NCBI GenBank assembly: GCA_001805445.1
Contig: MHGF01000025.1
Location: forward strand, 64,338-128,337
Origin: Omnitrophica WOR_2 bacterium GWF2_43_52
GTDB taxonomy: Bacteria; Omnitrophota; Gorgyraeia; Gygaellales; UBA12090
Length of the DNA: 64,000 nucleotides
Reading direction: 5' to 3'
A program made the position numbers and the translations under genes. This document shows, one piece after another, positions 9,173-19,538 of the stretch; positions within the stretch are counted from its first letter, which is position 1; each line of letters opens with the position of its first letter. A model generated the notes under the pieces. It had not been told where the DNA came from, did no database searches, and worked only from the letters and a program-made list of their open reading frames with translations.

Positions 9173-10416
9173 CCGTTAAACAAATACAAGAGATTGTGGT
9201 AAAGGCAAAAAAGGCTTCTTATGAGTTAGCCGTGGTGCCTTCAAAAATCAAGGATACTGCTATCAGGAAAATGGCCGAGGCCTTAGAAAATAACAGTGAA
9301 GCCATCCTGAAGGCAAATAAAAAAGACCTCACCGCGAATAAGGGCTTATCCAAGCCACTGCTTGAGCGCTTAAGCCTAAGCGCGCCGCGGATTAATCTCA
9401 TGGCGGAGTCATTGCGAGAGGTTGTTTCTCTCAAAGACCCTGTAGGCGAAGTAATCGCGGGCTGGCAGAGGCCTAATGGTTTATGGATTCAGAAGGTCAG
9501 GGTGCCTATCGGACTGATAGCCATTATTTATGAGTCAAGGCCTAATGTCACCAGTGATTGCGCTGCCTTATGCCTTAAATCGGGAAACGCCTGTATCTTG
9601 CGAGGGGGGCGAGAGGCAATCCATACCAATCGTGTTCTTTTTAATCTTTTGGATACTGCCGCCAAAAGAGCGGGTATCCCTGACGGCGCGCTACAGTTTA
9701 TTGACACTCCCGAGCGAAAAGCGTTGCAGTATCTTTTGGCTCTTGACAGTTATATCGATCTTGTAATCCCCCGAGGCGGAGAGGGGCTTATTTCTTTTGT
9801 GCAAAACCATTCTAAAATCCCGGTGATTAAGCATTATAAGGGTATCTGCCATGTCTATGTGGATGAGTATGCGGATTGTTCCATGGCAGAAGCCATTTGT
9901 TTTAATGCCAAGGTCCAGCGTCCGGGGGTATGTAATGCCATGGAGACGCTTCTGGTGCATAAAAATATCGCGCGGCGGTTTTTGCCTTCAATGGTACGCT
10001 CCTACCACGACGCGCAAGTGGAAGTGCGCGGATGCCCCGCAACGCGCGCGATCGTCAAAGGGATTACGAGAGCAACCGAGAGCGATTGGTCAACCGAATA
10101 CCTTGACCTTATCCTGTCGGTTAAGGTTGTGGAAAATATCCAGGAGGCAATTGAGCATATTAATCATTACGGCTCGCGCCATTCGGAGAGCATTGTTACT
10201 GAAAATTACTCTGCCGCGCTTCGATTCCTTCAGAGGGTAGATTCCGCCTGTGTCTATGTGAATGCCTCAACCCGTTTTACCGATGGTTATGAATTCGGCA
10301 TGGGCGCGGAGATAGGTATTTCAACCGACAAGATACACGCCCGAGGCCCCATGGCGCTTGAGGAGTTGACTACGTATAAGTATATGATTTTTGGGAATGG
10401 GCAGATAAGGACGTAA
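9169..10416 (+). CDS. proA: Gamma-glutamyl phosphate reductase
   Basis: Aldehyde-dehydrogenase fold with the IYESRPNVT motif. It forms a proBA operon through an ATGA overlap. Confidence 0.9.
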   Translation: MTVKQIQEIVVKAKKASYELAVVPSKIKDTAIRKMAEALENNSEAILKANKKDLTANKGLSKPLLERLSLSAPRINLMAESLREVVSLKDPVGEVIAGWQRPNGLWIQKVRVPIGLIAIIYESRPNVTSDCAALCLKSGNACILRGGREAIHTNRVLFNLLDTAAKRAGIPDGALQFIDTPERKALQYLLALDSYIDLVIPRGGEGLISFVQNHSKIPVIKHYKGICHVYVDEYADCSMAEAICFNAKVQRPGVCNAMETLLVHKNIARRFLPSMVRSYHDAQVEVRGCPATRAIVKGITRATESDWSTEYLDLILSVKVVENIQEAIEHINHYGSRHSESIVTENYSAALRFLQRVDSACVYVNASTRFTDGYEFGMGAEIGISTDKIHARGPMALEELTTYKYMIFGNGQIRT

Positions 10417-10500
10417 GTTAGCGGGTATGCGGGTTAGTCGGTGAGCGGGTTTGCGGGTTCAGAATTTTTAACCCGTTGACCAGTTAACCCGTTGACTCGC
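10417..10500. repeat. Intergenic structured repeat with GCGGGTT ... AACCCGTTGAC self-complementary motifs, related to the repeats at 54640-54745 and 55455-55625
   Basis: GCGGGT occurs four times, followed by two AACCCGTTGAC copies. The same motif family flanks the PIN toxin-antitoxin cassette. Confidence 0.5.
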
Positions 10501-10512
10501 CCACAGGTTTAT

Positions 10513-11082
10513 ATGAAAATAGGTATTTTAGGCGGCACCTTTAACCCCATTCATAATGGCCACCTTATTCTCGCGGATGAGGTCTGCCAGAAGCTCGGCC
10601 TGAATAAAATATTTTTTATTCCCGTCAATTCTCCGGTGCATAAGGAAGAAAAAGGGTTGCTTCCCGCCAAAGAACGCCTGAAAATGGTCAGAATGGCGCT
10701 CAAGGATAATCCTTTATTTGAGGCTTTAGATATAGAAATAAGGCGGAAAGGTAAATCCTATACCATTGATACTTTACGAGAGCTCCATCGCCTCTATCCA
10801 GAGGCTAACAAATTCTTTTTTATTGTAGGTTCAGATGCCTTGGGGTATTTGACGAGTTGGAAGGATATTCAGGAAGTAATGAAATTAGCCAAATTTACCG
10901 TTGCCTTAAGGCCGAATTATCCTCTTAGGAATTTGCCCAAGGATATCTTACCGGTAGTGATTGAATCAATAGATGTTTCCGGATTTCGCCTGCGCCAGCG
11001 TATCAAGGATGGCGAGTCAGTGCGTTATTATCTTCCCAAACAGGTATATAACTATATTGAGAAAAAAAGGCTGTATAAATAA
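10513..11082 (+). CDS. nadD: Nicotinate-nucleotide adenylyltransferase
   Basis: MKIGILGGTFNPIHNGH (HxGH) motif. The ORF track starts at 10492, but the ATG at 10513 fits the conserved N-terminus. Confidence 0.85.
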   Translation: MKIGILGGTFNPIHNGHLILADEVCQKLGLNKIFFIPVNSPVHKEEKGLLPAKERLKMVRMALKDNPLFEALDIEIRRKGKSYTIDTLRELHRLYPEANKFFFIVGSDALGYLTSWKDIQEVMKLAKFTVALRPNYPLRNLPKDILPVVIESIDVSGFRLRQRIKDGESVRYYLPKQVYNYIEKKRLYK

Positions 11083-11103
11083 TCCTTCAGCCTTCAGCGG
11101 CCA

Positions 11104-11145
11104 GCTGAAAGCAGAGAGCTGAAAGCAGAGAGCTGAAAGCAGAGA
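11104..11145. repeat. Three tandem copies of AGCTGAAAGCAGAG, preceded by a complementary CTTCAGC hairpin
   Basis: Seen directly. It lies between nadD and rpe. Confidence 0.6.
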
Positions 11146-11151
11146 GCCAAG

Positions 11152-11793
11152 ATGAATATAAAGGTTGCCCCATCGATTTTAGCCGCTGATTATACCCGGC
11201 TGGCCCAGGATATCCGCGGGGTAGAGCAGGCAGGAGCTGATTTCTGGCATATTGATATTATGGATGGGCATTTTGTGCCGAATATCACTATTGGCCCTGG
11301 GCTCGTGAAAAGTTTGCGCCCTGTTACGCGCCTGCCTTTTGAGGCCCATCTTATGATAAGCGAGCCGCTTAAGTACATTGATAAATTTGTTGAGGCTGGC
11401 GCTGATATCATTACCGTGCATATTGAAACCATAAGCGAAAAGGATGTGCGCCATCAAGCGCGGTTACTGCACGGAAAAGGCATAAAATTAGCGGTTGCCC
11501 TGAACCCCGCGACAAAGGCAGCAAAAATAAAAAATATTTGCGATTGCATTGATATGGTACTGGTGATGACGGTTAATCCCGGCTTTGGAGGGCAGAAATT
11601 TATGGCTGAAGTAGTAGGAAAAATTACTCAAATCCGTTCATTTTTTAAAGGCGATATAGCTGTTGACGGAGGTATCGACGCTCTCACTGGGCCTCTTGCG
11701 ATAAAGGCAGGGGCAAATATTCTGGCCGCGGGCACTTATATTTTTAAGGCTAAAAATAAGCGAAAAGCGATAGAAAGGTTAAGACATGGCTGA
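11152..11793 (+). CDS. rpe: Ribulose-phosphate 3-epimerase
   Basis: KVAPSILAADY...HIDIMDGHFVPN motif. Confidence 0.9.
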   Translation: MNIKVAPSILAADYTRLAQDIRGVEQAGADFWHIDIMDGHFVPNITIGPGLVKSLRPVTRLPFEAHLMISEPLKYIDKFVEAGADIITVHIETISEKDVRHQARLLHGKGIKLAVALNPATKAAKIKNICDCIDMVLVMTVNPGFGGQKFMAEVVGKITQIRSFFKGDIAVDGGIDALTGPLAIKAGANILAAGTYIFKAKNKRKAIERLRHG

Positions 11794-13159
11794 CATAAAA
11801 TTTGGAACTGACGGGTGGCGCGCGATTATAGCTAAGGAGTATACTTTTGCTAATGTCAAAGTAGTTTCTCAGGCGGTAGCAGATTATGTAGGCGCTGGGA
11901 AGAAAGTTGCCATAGGCTTTGATACGCGTTTTCTCTCTGCTGAGTTCGCGCAGGCTTCGGCAGAGGTTTTAAAGGCAAACGGGTTGGAGGTGATAGTCTC
12001 TGACAAGGCTGTTCCTACTCCGGCGTTAAGTTTTGCCGTCAGAAAGCGAAACTGTGATTTAGGGGTAATGATTACCGCTTCCCATAATCCGGCGCAGTAT
12101 AATGGTTTTAAAATTAAGACCTCAACCGGCGGGGCGGCAGGCTCTGAAATCACCAAGGCCATTGAGAAGCTCTTAGCCGTATCCGCGGTGAAAACCGTTG
12201 TAGCTAGAGACGCGCTTAAAAAAGAAGACCTCATTGGCGATTATATACATTTCATCCGTTCTTACATAGATTTAAAGAAAATAAGAAAAAAGAAATTTAA
12301 GGTTTTAGTTGACGCGATGTATGGCTCAGGCGATAGTTTTCTTGCCCAGGTACTCAAAGGAACAGATATACGCTTAGAGTTCATGCGTAACAGCATTAAC
12401 CCTTCCTTTGGAGGCAGGCAGCCGGAGCCGATTGAGGAGAATCTCCAGGAATTGAAAACAAGGGTGACAAAAGAAAAATTCGATTTAGGCATTGCCTTAG
12501 ACGGTGATGCCGACAGGATTGCCGCGGTCGCGGGGGGAGGGGTGTTTATCCATCCCCAGAAGATACTCGGGCTCCTGGCATTGCATTTGCATGAGGACAG
12601 AGGATGGTCCGGCGGAATTGTGAAAACTATTTGCGGCTCAACTATGATTGATGCTATCGCCCTGCACCTGGGAGTTAAGCTTTATGAAACCCCTGTTGGA
12701 TTTAAATACATTTCAAACCTGATGGAAACCGAGGATATTCTCTGTGGCGGAGAAGAGGCAGGAGGCATGGGAGTCAAAGGGTACATCCCGGAGCGCGATG
12801 GTTCTGTCGCGGGGCTTTTGCTCTTAGAAATGATGGCATATCGCGATAAGCCTATCGCGCGGATTATTGATGCTATGGAAAAACAGTTCGGCAGATATTA
12901 TTATGTGCGTCAGGACCTTAAGCTTGAGCATCACATCGAGCCTCACCGGAAGGATTTGCCGGAGGCCCTTTTGGGGAAAAAAGTTGTGGAAGTGAAGGAT
13001 TACGACGGAATGAAGCTTATCTGCGAAGATAAAAGTTGGCTTATGTTTAGGGCATCCGGCACGGAGGCCCTGATGCGTTTGTACAGCGAGGCGAAGAGCT
13101 TAAAAAGAGCCAAAGCATTGCTTCAGGCAGGCACTGAAATAATACAAAGAATGCGATAA
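11786..13159 (+). CDS. Phosphoglucomutase/phosphomannomutase family enzyme
   Basis: GTDGWRA N-terminus and the active-site TASHNP serine loop. Confidence 0.85.
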   Translation: MADIKFGTDGWRAIIAKEYTFANVKVVSQAVADYVGAGKKVAIGFDTRFLSAEFAQASAEVLKANGLEVIVSDKAVPTPALSFAVRKRNCDLGVMITASHNPAQYNGFKIKTSTGGAAGSEITKAIEKLLAVSAVKTVVARDALKKEDLIGDYIHFIRSYIDLKKIRKKKFKVLVDAMYGSGDSFLAQVLKGTDIRLEFMRNSINPSFGGRQPEPIEENLQELKTRVTKEKFDLGIALDGDADRIAAVAGGGVFIHPQKILGLLALHLHEDRGWSGGIVKTICGSTMIDAIALHLGVKLYETPVGFKYISNLMETEDILCGGEEAGGMGVKGYIPERDGSVAGLLLLEMMAYRDKPIARIIDAMEKQFGRYYYVRQDLKLEHHIEPHRKDLPEALLGKKVVEVKDYDGMKLICEDKSWLMFRASGTEALMRLYSEAKSLKRAKALLQAGTEIIQRMR

Positions 13160-13752
13160 TGTCTTTTTATTGGCCCGCGAGGAATTTTTGTTTATTGTTT
13201 TGTAAGTTTTACTTTCATTTGGAGGCAAAAGGAAAAGAGCATATCCCGCGAAAAGGAGGCTTTGTTGTGGCATCAAATCACGCCAGTTTTCTTGACCCTG
13301 TTCTCTTAGGAAGCGCTTGTCCCCGCGGCCTTAATTTCGCCGCCAGAGACAGCCTCTTTAAGAATCCATTATTAAGGTATCTGATAAGCAATGTGGGGGC
13401 ATTTCCTATAAAGCGCTGGTCAGCGGATTTAGCCGCGGTCAAAGAGTCGGTGCGCAGATTATCTTTAAATGCGGGGTTGGTGGTGTTTCCTGAGGGTACC
13501 AGGAGCCCTGATGGCGTATTACAGCCGATGAGTCACGGTTTTGCCCTCTTGGCAGCCAAGGCGCGTGTTCCTATAATCCCCGCGTGGATATCAGGTTCGT
13601 ATAAGGCCTGGGGAAAAAAGAGCAAGATCATGAGGCCGGTAAAGATTACGGTTGTTTTTGGCCAGCCGCTATGGGTTGAAAAAAAACAGCCGTATCCCGA
13701 GGTTGCCCGGAAGGTATTTGACCGGATTAAAGATTTAAGCAAAACTTGTTGA
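13159..13752 (+). CDS. plsC: 1-acyl-sn-glycerol-3-phosphate acyltransferase
   Basis: NHASFLD (HX4D) and FPEGTRS motifs. Confidence 0.8.
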   Translation: MSFYWPARNFCLLFCKFYFHLEAKGKEHIPRKGGFVVASNHASFLDPVLLGSACPRGLNFAARDSLFKNPLLRYLISNVGAFPIKRWSADLAAVKESVRRLSLNAGLVVFPEGTRSPDGVLQPMSHGFALLAAKARVPIIPAWISGSYKAWGKKSKIMRPVKITVVFGQPLWVEKKQPYPEVARKVFDRIKDLSKTC

Positions 13753-13802
13753 CAGAAACACACTTTTAGTGCATACTACTATGTTCATGTAGTTAAATTA
13801 AT

Positions 13803-15368
13803 GTGAAAAGGAGAATGCTACCAATGGTAGAAGAGAAAACAGCGCAGTTGGAAAAGCTTTACGAAAATAGCTTTAAAATAATTAAAGAGGGCCATGTTGT
13901 CCAAGGAAAAATTGTTGCTATCGGGCCCAAAGAGGTGATGGTAGATATCGGCTATAAGTCAGAAGGCACGATCGCGATTACCGAATTCCAGAAGGATGAG
14001 CTGGAGGTGGGCAGGGAAATAGATGTCTATGTTGAGTCTACGGAAAATGATCTTGGCATGGTTGTTTTATCAAAAGTAAAGGCAGGCAAGCTCCAGGGCT
14101 GGGATAAGATAGATAAAAATTTCCGTGAAGGTGATTTAATGGACGGCACGATAAAGAGAAAAATCAAGGGCGGCTATCTGCTTGATGTCTGCGGCATTGA
14201 AGGATTTTTGCCGATATCCCTTTCAAGTTTCAGGAATGTCTCAGATCAGGAGATTCTTGGAAAGCAATTCAAATTCAAACTGGTAAAATTGAATAATCTT
14301 CGCCACAGTATTATCGTTTCCCGTAAGGAAGCAGTAAGTAAGGAGCGGGTTGAAAACCGCGAGAAGCTTTGGACTAACCTGAAAATCGGCGAGATAAGAG
14401 CCGGGACTGTTAAAAGTATCACCGATTTTGGAGCCTTTATAGACTTAGGGGGCGTGGACGGGCTTTTACACATTACGGATATGAGCTGGGCAAAAATCAG
14501 CCATCCTTCAGAAGCGGTTGCCGCGGGCGATAAAATAGACGTCATGATTTTGAATATTGACCGTAAGGACAATAAGGTTTCCCTGGGGTTGAAGCAGAGG
14601 CTTCCCGATCCATGGACAGACATTGAGCAGAAATATTCCATCGGCTCAAAAGTCAAAGGGAAGGTCGTCAATATTATGCCCTACGGTGTCTTTGTGGAAT
14701 TAGAAAAAGGCATTGAAGGGCTTATCCATGTTTCAGAGATTTCCTGGGCAAAACGGGTTACCAACCTGCAGAATGTTTTCGCGGTGGGCGATATCCTGGA
14801 AGTGCAGGTTTTAAGCATGGACAGAGATGCCCGCAGAATTTCACTGAGCGTAAAACAGCTGGAGAACAATCCTTGGCTTGATGCCGAAGCCAAATATCCC
14901 GTAGCCGCGAAAGTTTCCGGAAAGGTGCGAGGATTTACTGAATACGGCGCGTTTATTGAATTGGATAACAATCTTGAAGGCATGATTCATGTCTCGGATA
15001 TGTCATGGACCAAGCGCATAGCGCATCCGCAGGATATCCTTAAAAAAGGGCAAAAGATAGATGTTGTGGTCCTTTCCGTTGATGGGACAAACCGCAGGAT
15101 TTCTTTAGGCTTAAAGCAGCTTGAGCCGAATCCTTGGTCAGAAATCGCGCAAAAATATTCCGTAGGCAGTATTCTTGATGTAGAGGTTGTGCAAACAGCG
15201 CCTTTTGGGGTATTTGTAAAACTTGAAGATAATCTTGAGGGGCTCATTTATTCTAGTGAAATAGATAAAGAGATCCTGGAGAAGCTCAAGCCTGGCGATC
15301 AGATCAAGGCAAAGGTAATTAAGATTGATATCGATCAGGCAAAGATAGGCTTATCTGCCAGGATATAA
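13803..15368 (+). CDS. rpsA: 30S ribosomal protein S1
   Basis: Tandem S1 domains containing repeated GxV...G(LI)(IL)H(IV)S(ED)(IM)SW segments. Confidence 0.9.
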   Translation: MKRRMLPMVEEKTAQLEKLYENSFKIIKEGHVVQGKIVAIGPKEVMVDIGYKSEGTIAITEFQKDELEVGREIDVYVESTENDLGMVVLSKVKAGKLQGWDKIDKNFREGDLMDGTIKRKIKGGYLLDVCGIEGFLPISLSSFRNVSDQEILGKQFKFKLVKLNNLRHSIIVSRKEAVSKERVENREKLWTNLKIGEIRAGTVKSITDFGAFIDLGGVDGLLHITDMSWAKISHPSEAVAAGDKIDVMILNIDRKDNKVSLGLKQRLPDPWTDIEQKYSIGSKVKGKVVNIMPYGVFVELEKGIEGLIHVSEISWAKRVTNLQNVFAVGDILEVQVLSMDRDARRISLSVKQLENNPWLDAEAKYPVAAKVSGKVRGFTEYGAFIELDNNLEGMIHVSDMSWTKRIAHPQDILKKGQKIDVVVLSVDGTNRRISLGLKQLEPNPWSEIAQKYSVGSILDVEVVQTAPFGVFVKLEDNLEGLIYSSEIDKEILEKLKPGDQIKAKVIKIDIDQAKIGLSARI

Positions 15369-15372
15369 GCAG

Positions 15373-16545
15373 ATGGATGCCTTAGGGCAACAGTTAGCTA
15401 AGATAACGCGAGGTTGTTCTGAGATCATCTCTGAGAATGAACTTAGGAAGAAGCTGTCGCAAAGTCTCGAGAAGAAAACCCCTCTTAAAATAAAAGCCGG
15501 TTTTGACCCTACTGCCCCAGATATACATCTGGGGCATACTGTTTTACTGCGAAAACTGCGCCAATTCCAGGATTTAGGCCATACCATTTTATTTCTTATC
15601 GGAGATTTTACCGCGAGAATTGGCGACCCCACCGGTCAAAATAAGGCCCGTCCTTCCATGTCTGATGAAGATGTCAAGAAAAACGCCGCCACCTATAGAG
15701 AGCAGGTTTTTAAGGTTTTAGACTCCGCCAGGACCGAAACAGTCTTTAATAACGACTGGTTTTCCCGGATGTCGGTTTACGATATTTCTGAGCTTCTTCA
15801 CCACGGTTCGGTTTCTCAGATCCTTGCCAGGGAGGATTTTCAGCAGCGGATTAACAAGGGCAGGGATGTGCGGCTGAATGAATTTATGTATCCTCTCCTG
15901 CAGGCTTATGACTCCGTGCATTTACAGGCTGATATTGAGATTGGCGGGACGGACCAAAAGTTTAATTTACTCCTGGGGCGGGAACTGCAGAAGGACTACG
16001 GCCAGGAGGCACAGGTGGTTATCACCTTGCCTCTCTTAGAAGGTTTAGACGGAGTTAATAAGATGAGCAAATCCCTGGGTAACTATATCGGGATTAATGA
16101 CAGCCCTGATGATATCTTTGGGAAAGTCATGTCGGTATCTGATATCTTAATGTATAAATACTATGAGTTATTGACGGATGAGGATATGGCTTCCACGAAG
16201 TCGCTGCATCCCAAGGAGGCGAAGGAGAAGCTGGCGATGATACTTATCAGCCAGTATTATAGCTCTGAGGCAGCGGAAAACGCGAAGGCGAACTTCCGCA
16301 AGGTATTTACCCAGAAGGAAATCCCTGATGAGATACCGGCCTATAGCATAAGCGGCCCTTTAAAAATTATTGACGTGCTTACCCAAAGCGGGCTGGTGAA
16401 GTCTAATAACGAAGCCCGGAGATTGATTCAGCAGCAAGCGGTGGCCTTTGACAATGTCGTGGTTCAAGACCCGAATCTCCTTATCAATAAGCCGGGAACC
16501 ATCAAAGCAGGAAGCCGCCGTTTTTTAAAAGTCGTCACTCAGTAG
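15373..16545 (+). CDS. tyrS: Tyrosine--tRNA ligase
   Basis: HIGH-type motif (PDIHLGH), KMSKS motif and a C-terminal S4 domain. Confidence 0.9.
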   Translation: MDALGQQLAKITRGCSEIISENELRKKLSQSLEKKTPLKIKAGFDPTAPDIHLGHTVLLRKLRQFQDLGHTILFLIGDFTARIGDPTGQNKARPSMSDEDVKKNAATYREQVFKVLDSARTETVFNNDWFSRMSVYDISELLHHGSVSQILAREDFQQRINKGRDVRLNEFMYPLLQAYDSVHLQADIEIGGTDQKFNLLLGRELQKDYGQEAQVVITLPLLEGLDGVNKMSKSLGNYIGINDSPDDIFGKVMSVSDILMYKYYELLTDEDMASTKSLHPKEAKEKLAMILISQYYSSEAAENAKANFRKVFTQKEIPDEIPAYSISGPLKIIDVLTQSGLVKSNNEARRLIQQQAVAFDNVVVQDPNLLINKPGTIKAGSRRFLKVVTQ

Positions 16546-16576
16546 TAGTTCTCTCTCCTGTTCGTTTACAAAAACA

Positions 16577-17806
16577 ATGCGCCGCCTCGATACCTTTACC
16601 AAGAATAATATCATTATGTTTTGCGCCTCAAGCCTGGGGTCTTTTTTTAATTTGTTGTACCAGGTAATGATGCTGCGGCTATTGCCCAGGGAGGCATTTG
16701 CTTCTTTAAATTCAATTATTTCCTTATTCATCATCGTTGGGGTTCCCTCGGTAGCCTTTGCCACCATAGTAACCAAACATGTCTCAAGCCATAATGCCCA
16801 AAAGAAGCACGAGTGTGTAAAAACAGTCTGGCAGAAAATGGCTTTCCATGCCTTCCTTTTCAGCAGTATTTTATTTGGTATACTGTTTTTGATGAGGGAG
16901 CGTATCGCTGGCTTCCTGCATTTAGGCTCATCAGTAAGTATTGTTATTTTAGGAGCGATATTTTTCTTAAGCGGGCTTACTTCGGTAGCAATGGGCGGTT
17001 TGCAGGGGCTGGAAAAATTCGCCTGGGTGGCGCTATATACTGTATTTGCGGGAATCTGTAAATTGTTATTTTCGGTTGTGTTGGTAAAAAGTGTGAGTGA
17101 TGGCTTGATTGCGGCACTCTTAGGATTTCTCCTGCCGCTTTTTGTGGGCTTAGTTGTGTGCCTTTGGCCGATACGTTTTCTCATGCGGGGATTGGGCAGG
17201 GAAACAATCTCCCTGAAATCACTCTACGCCTACATTTTCCCGGTTTTGGCGGTAAATTTGAGTTTTGCCCTGCTGACCAATATTGACATGATTCTGGTAA
17301 AGCACTTTTTCGTATATGAGTCGCAAGATTACGCGATAGCCCAGATGATTGGAAAAATTATTCTTTCTATCGCCGGGGTAATCTATGTGGTGATGTTTGC
17401 CCGTATCTCTCATTTGCACGCGGTCAACGAAAGCTCGAAAGCTGTGCTTTCAAAAAGCCTTGGCTATACTTTTTTAGTCAGTGGGGCGGCCGCTCTGCTC
17501 TATAATTTATTTCCACAGGCTGTCTTTGGACTTATTGCCGGAAAAGTTAACCTTCAGGTTATTTCTATCGGGCGGGTATTCAGCCTGAGCATGCTCTTTT
17601 TTGCCATGAGTAACGTCTTATTTTACTATCAGCTGTCAATTGAGCGATACGGCTTTATTCTGCCCTTAGCCATCGTTGTCCTTCTAGAAACATTGGCAAT
17701 TTCTATATTTCACGCGACACCGTTTTTTGTCGTTACGATTACCTTAGTATCCGCGGCCAGTTTGTTTTTCTTGAATTTAAGGTTGGCATTTCAGCAGGCG
17801 CGTTAA
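16577..17806 (+). CDS. Polysaccharide biosynthesis/oligosaccharide flippase (Wzx/MOP superfamily)
   Basis: About 12 predicted TM helices with an N-terminus typical of Wzx/RfbX. It is the first gene of the glycan island. The antisense ORF 16525-17184 is judged spurious. Confidence 0.7.
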   Translation: MRRLDTFTKNNIIMFCASSLGSFFNLLYQVMMLRLLPREAFASLNSIISLFIIVGVPSVAFATIVTKHVSSHNAQKKHECVKTVWQKMAFHAFLFSSILFGILFLMRERIAGFLHLGSSVSIVILGAIFFLSGLTSVAMGGLQGLEKFAWVALYTVFAGICKLLFSVVLVKSVSDGLIAALLGFLLPLFVGLVVCLWPIRFLMRGLGRETISLKSLYAYIFPVLAVNLSFALLTNIDMILVKHFFVYESQDYAIAQMIGKIILSIAGVIYVVMFARISHLHAVNESSKAVLSKSLGYTFLVSGAAALLYNLFPQAVFGLIAGKVNLQVISIGRVFSLSMLFFAMSNVLFYYQLSIERYGFILPLAIVVLLETLAISIFHATPFFVVTITLVSAASLFFLNLRLAFQQAR

Positions 17807-18571
17807 ATGAAAAATCTTCAAGGTAAAGTCTCTGTTATTATTCCGGCTTTTAACGAGGCCAAAGGTATCGCCGGGAGCCTTAGCGAAACCATCCGGGTTT
17901 TTAACGAGTTCGGCTGCAAATACGAGATTATCGTCGTAGATGACGGCAGTTCTGATGCTACCTACCGGAATGTGCTTGCGGCTGCATCAAAGCATCCCCA
18001 GGTGATAGTCAAGCAAAGCAAGAAAAACCGGGGTAAAGGAAGGGCGCTCAAAATCGGCTTTCGCCTTGCCAGCGGGGACTATGTGGTCTTCCTTGACGCG
18101 GATATGGAGCTTCATCCGGCGCAGATACAGACTTTCTTTGACATCATGCGCCTTGACGATGCTGATGTGGTGATAGGCTCAAAGCGCCATCCGAATTCGC
18201 GTTTATCTTACCCTTTAGATAGAAGAATCGTGAGCAGTGTCTATTTTTTTCTGGTAAAGATTTTTTTCGGCCTGCCGATTAGGGATACCCAAACCGGGTT
18301 GAAACTTTTTAAGCACGAAGTCCTAAAGAAGGTTTTTCCTAGGATTTTGGTAAAGGCTTTCGGGTATGATTTAGAGATTTTAGTCAATGTGCACCGCTTA
18401 GGTTATAAAATTGCCGAGGCGCCTGTAGTGCTCCAATCCCAGCAGCGCTATGGGAGGATAGGCATTGGCTCTATCTGGACAGCATTGATTGATACTATGG
18501 CAATATGGTTCAGGACGTATATACTCAAATATTATGACCGTTTCGATAGTTATCGCGGTAAAAGGCGATAA
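17807..18571 (+). CDS. Family 2 glycosyltransferase (dolichyl-phosphate-mannose synthase-like)
   Basis: VSVIIPAFNE...IIVVDDGSSD...DAD DXD-type motifs. Confidence 0.8.
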   Translation: MKNLQGKVSVIIPAFNEAKGIAGSLSETIRVFNEFGCKYEIIVVDDGSSDATYRNVLAAASKHPQVIVKQSKKNRGKGRALKIGFRLASGDYVVFLDADMELHPAQIQTFFDIMRLDDADVVIGSKRHPNSRLSYPLDRRIVSSVYFFLVKIFFGLPIRDTQTGLKLFKHEVLKKVFPRILVKAFGYDLEILVNVHRLGYKIAEAPVVLQSQQRYGRIGIGSIWTALIDTMAIWFRTYILKYYDRFDSYRGKRR

Positions 18572-19484
18572 TCCTTACCTTAGAGAATGTATTGAGGCCT
18601 GCCTTAAGCTGGATTATCCTGACTTTGAAATCTTAGTCCTGCCGGATAAAGCTATAGTGTGCAGCTATCCTAGGACCAAGATTATCCCTACGGGAGCGGT
18701 TACTCCCCCGCAAAAGCGGGATATCGTCCTTACCCAGGCTACGGGTGATGTTTTGGCTTTTCTTGATGATGACGCCTATCCTCGGGAAGACTGGTTACGC
18801 CGCGCGCTTAAGCATTTTGACCAAAGCGAGATTGCCGCGGTTAGCGGACCGGCGGTAACGCCGGAAACCGATAGCCTCCTGCAGAAAGCAAGCGGGCTGG
18901 TCTATAGCTCTTATGCTATGAGCGGAGTTCACCGGTATCGCTATATCCCGGGCAGACAAAGATTGGTTGATGATTATCCATCCTGTAATTTTATTATCCG
19001 TACTAAAACCTTCAAGGAAATCGGAGGCTTTGCTACAAAGTTTTGGCCCGGCGAAGATACCTTTTTATGCCTGAAGATAGTAGAGGACTTGAAAAAAAAG
19101 ATTGTCTATGACCCTGAAGTTCTGGTGTACCATCACCGCCGCGGCCTTTTTTCGGGGCATCTAAAACAAATTACCCAGTACGCGCTGCATCGGGGCTATT
19201 TTGTCAAGCGGTTCCCGAAAACTTCTCTGAAACCTTCCTATTCTTTACCTTCCTTGCTTGTGTCGGGCCTCATTGTAGGAGGTATAGCTTCAGTGTGGAT
19301 TGAGGCGTTACGAGTTGTTTACTTCTTGACGGGAGGGTTATATCTATCGGTTGTTTTTCTTTTTAGTATGTGCCGAGACATTCGTTTGACGCTGCTTGTT
19401 TTCTTGGGTATAATAATAAGCCATTGTATGTATGGTATATATTTCATACAAGGCTTGTGCGCTAAAAAAATGCCGGAAGAATAA
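18534..19484 (+). CDS. Family 2 glycosyltransferase with C-terminal TM helices
   Basis: VSIVIAVKG...LDDDA motif. The ORF track starts at 18489; the ATG at 18534 is the likely start. Confidence 0.75.
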   Translation: MTVSIVIAVKGDNPYLRECIEACLKLDYPDFEILVLPDKAIVCSYPRTKIIPTGAVTPPQKRDIVLTQATGDVLAFLDDDAYPREDWLRRALKHFDQSEIAAVSGPAVTPETDSLLQKASGLVYSSYAMSGVHRYRYIPGRQRLVDDYPSCNFIIRTKTFKEIGGFATKFWPGEDTFLCLKIVEDLKKKIVYDPEVLVYHHRRGLFSGHLKQITQYALHRGYFVKRFPKTSLKPSYSLPSLLVSGLIVGGIASVWIEALRVVYFLTGGLYLSVVFLFSMCRDIRLTLLVFLGIIISHCMYGIYFIQGLCAKKMPEE

Positions 19485-19538
19485 ACCCTATTTTACACCC
19501 CCGGGGTGTAAAATGATTTAGCAAGAGGTTATAGATAG

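Noticed and set aside
9851-10240. 129-aa plus-strand ORF and other alternative-frame ORFs inside proA and proB
   Set aside because: They lie inside confidently identified housekeeping genes and are treated as shadow ORFs.
13741-13802. Candidate rpsA promoter TTGACA ... CATACT/TACTAT
   Set aside because: The -35 box is clear, but the spacing to any acceptable -10 box is ambiguous (17-22 nt), so it is not listed as a feature.
16525-17184. 219-aa minus-strand ORF antisense to the flippase gene
   Set aside because: It fully overlaps a well-supported membrane-protein gene on the plus strand, and its translation is low-complexity with no motif. I treat it as a shadow ORF.
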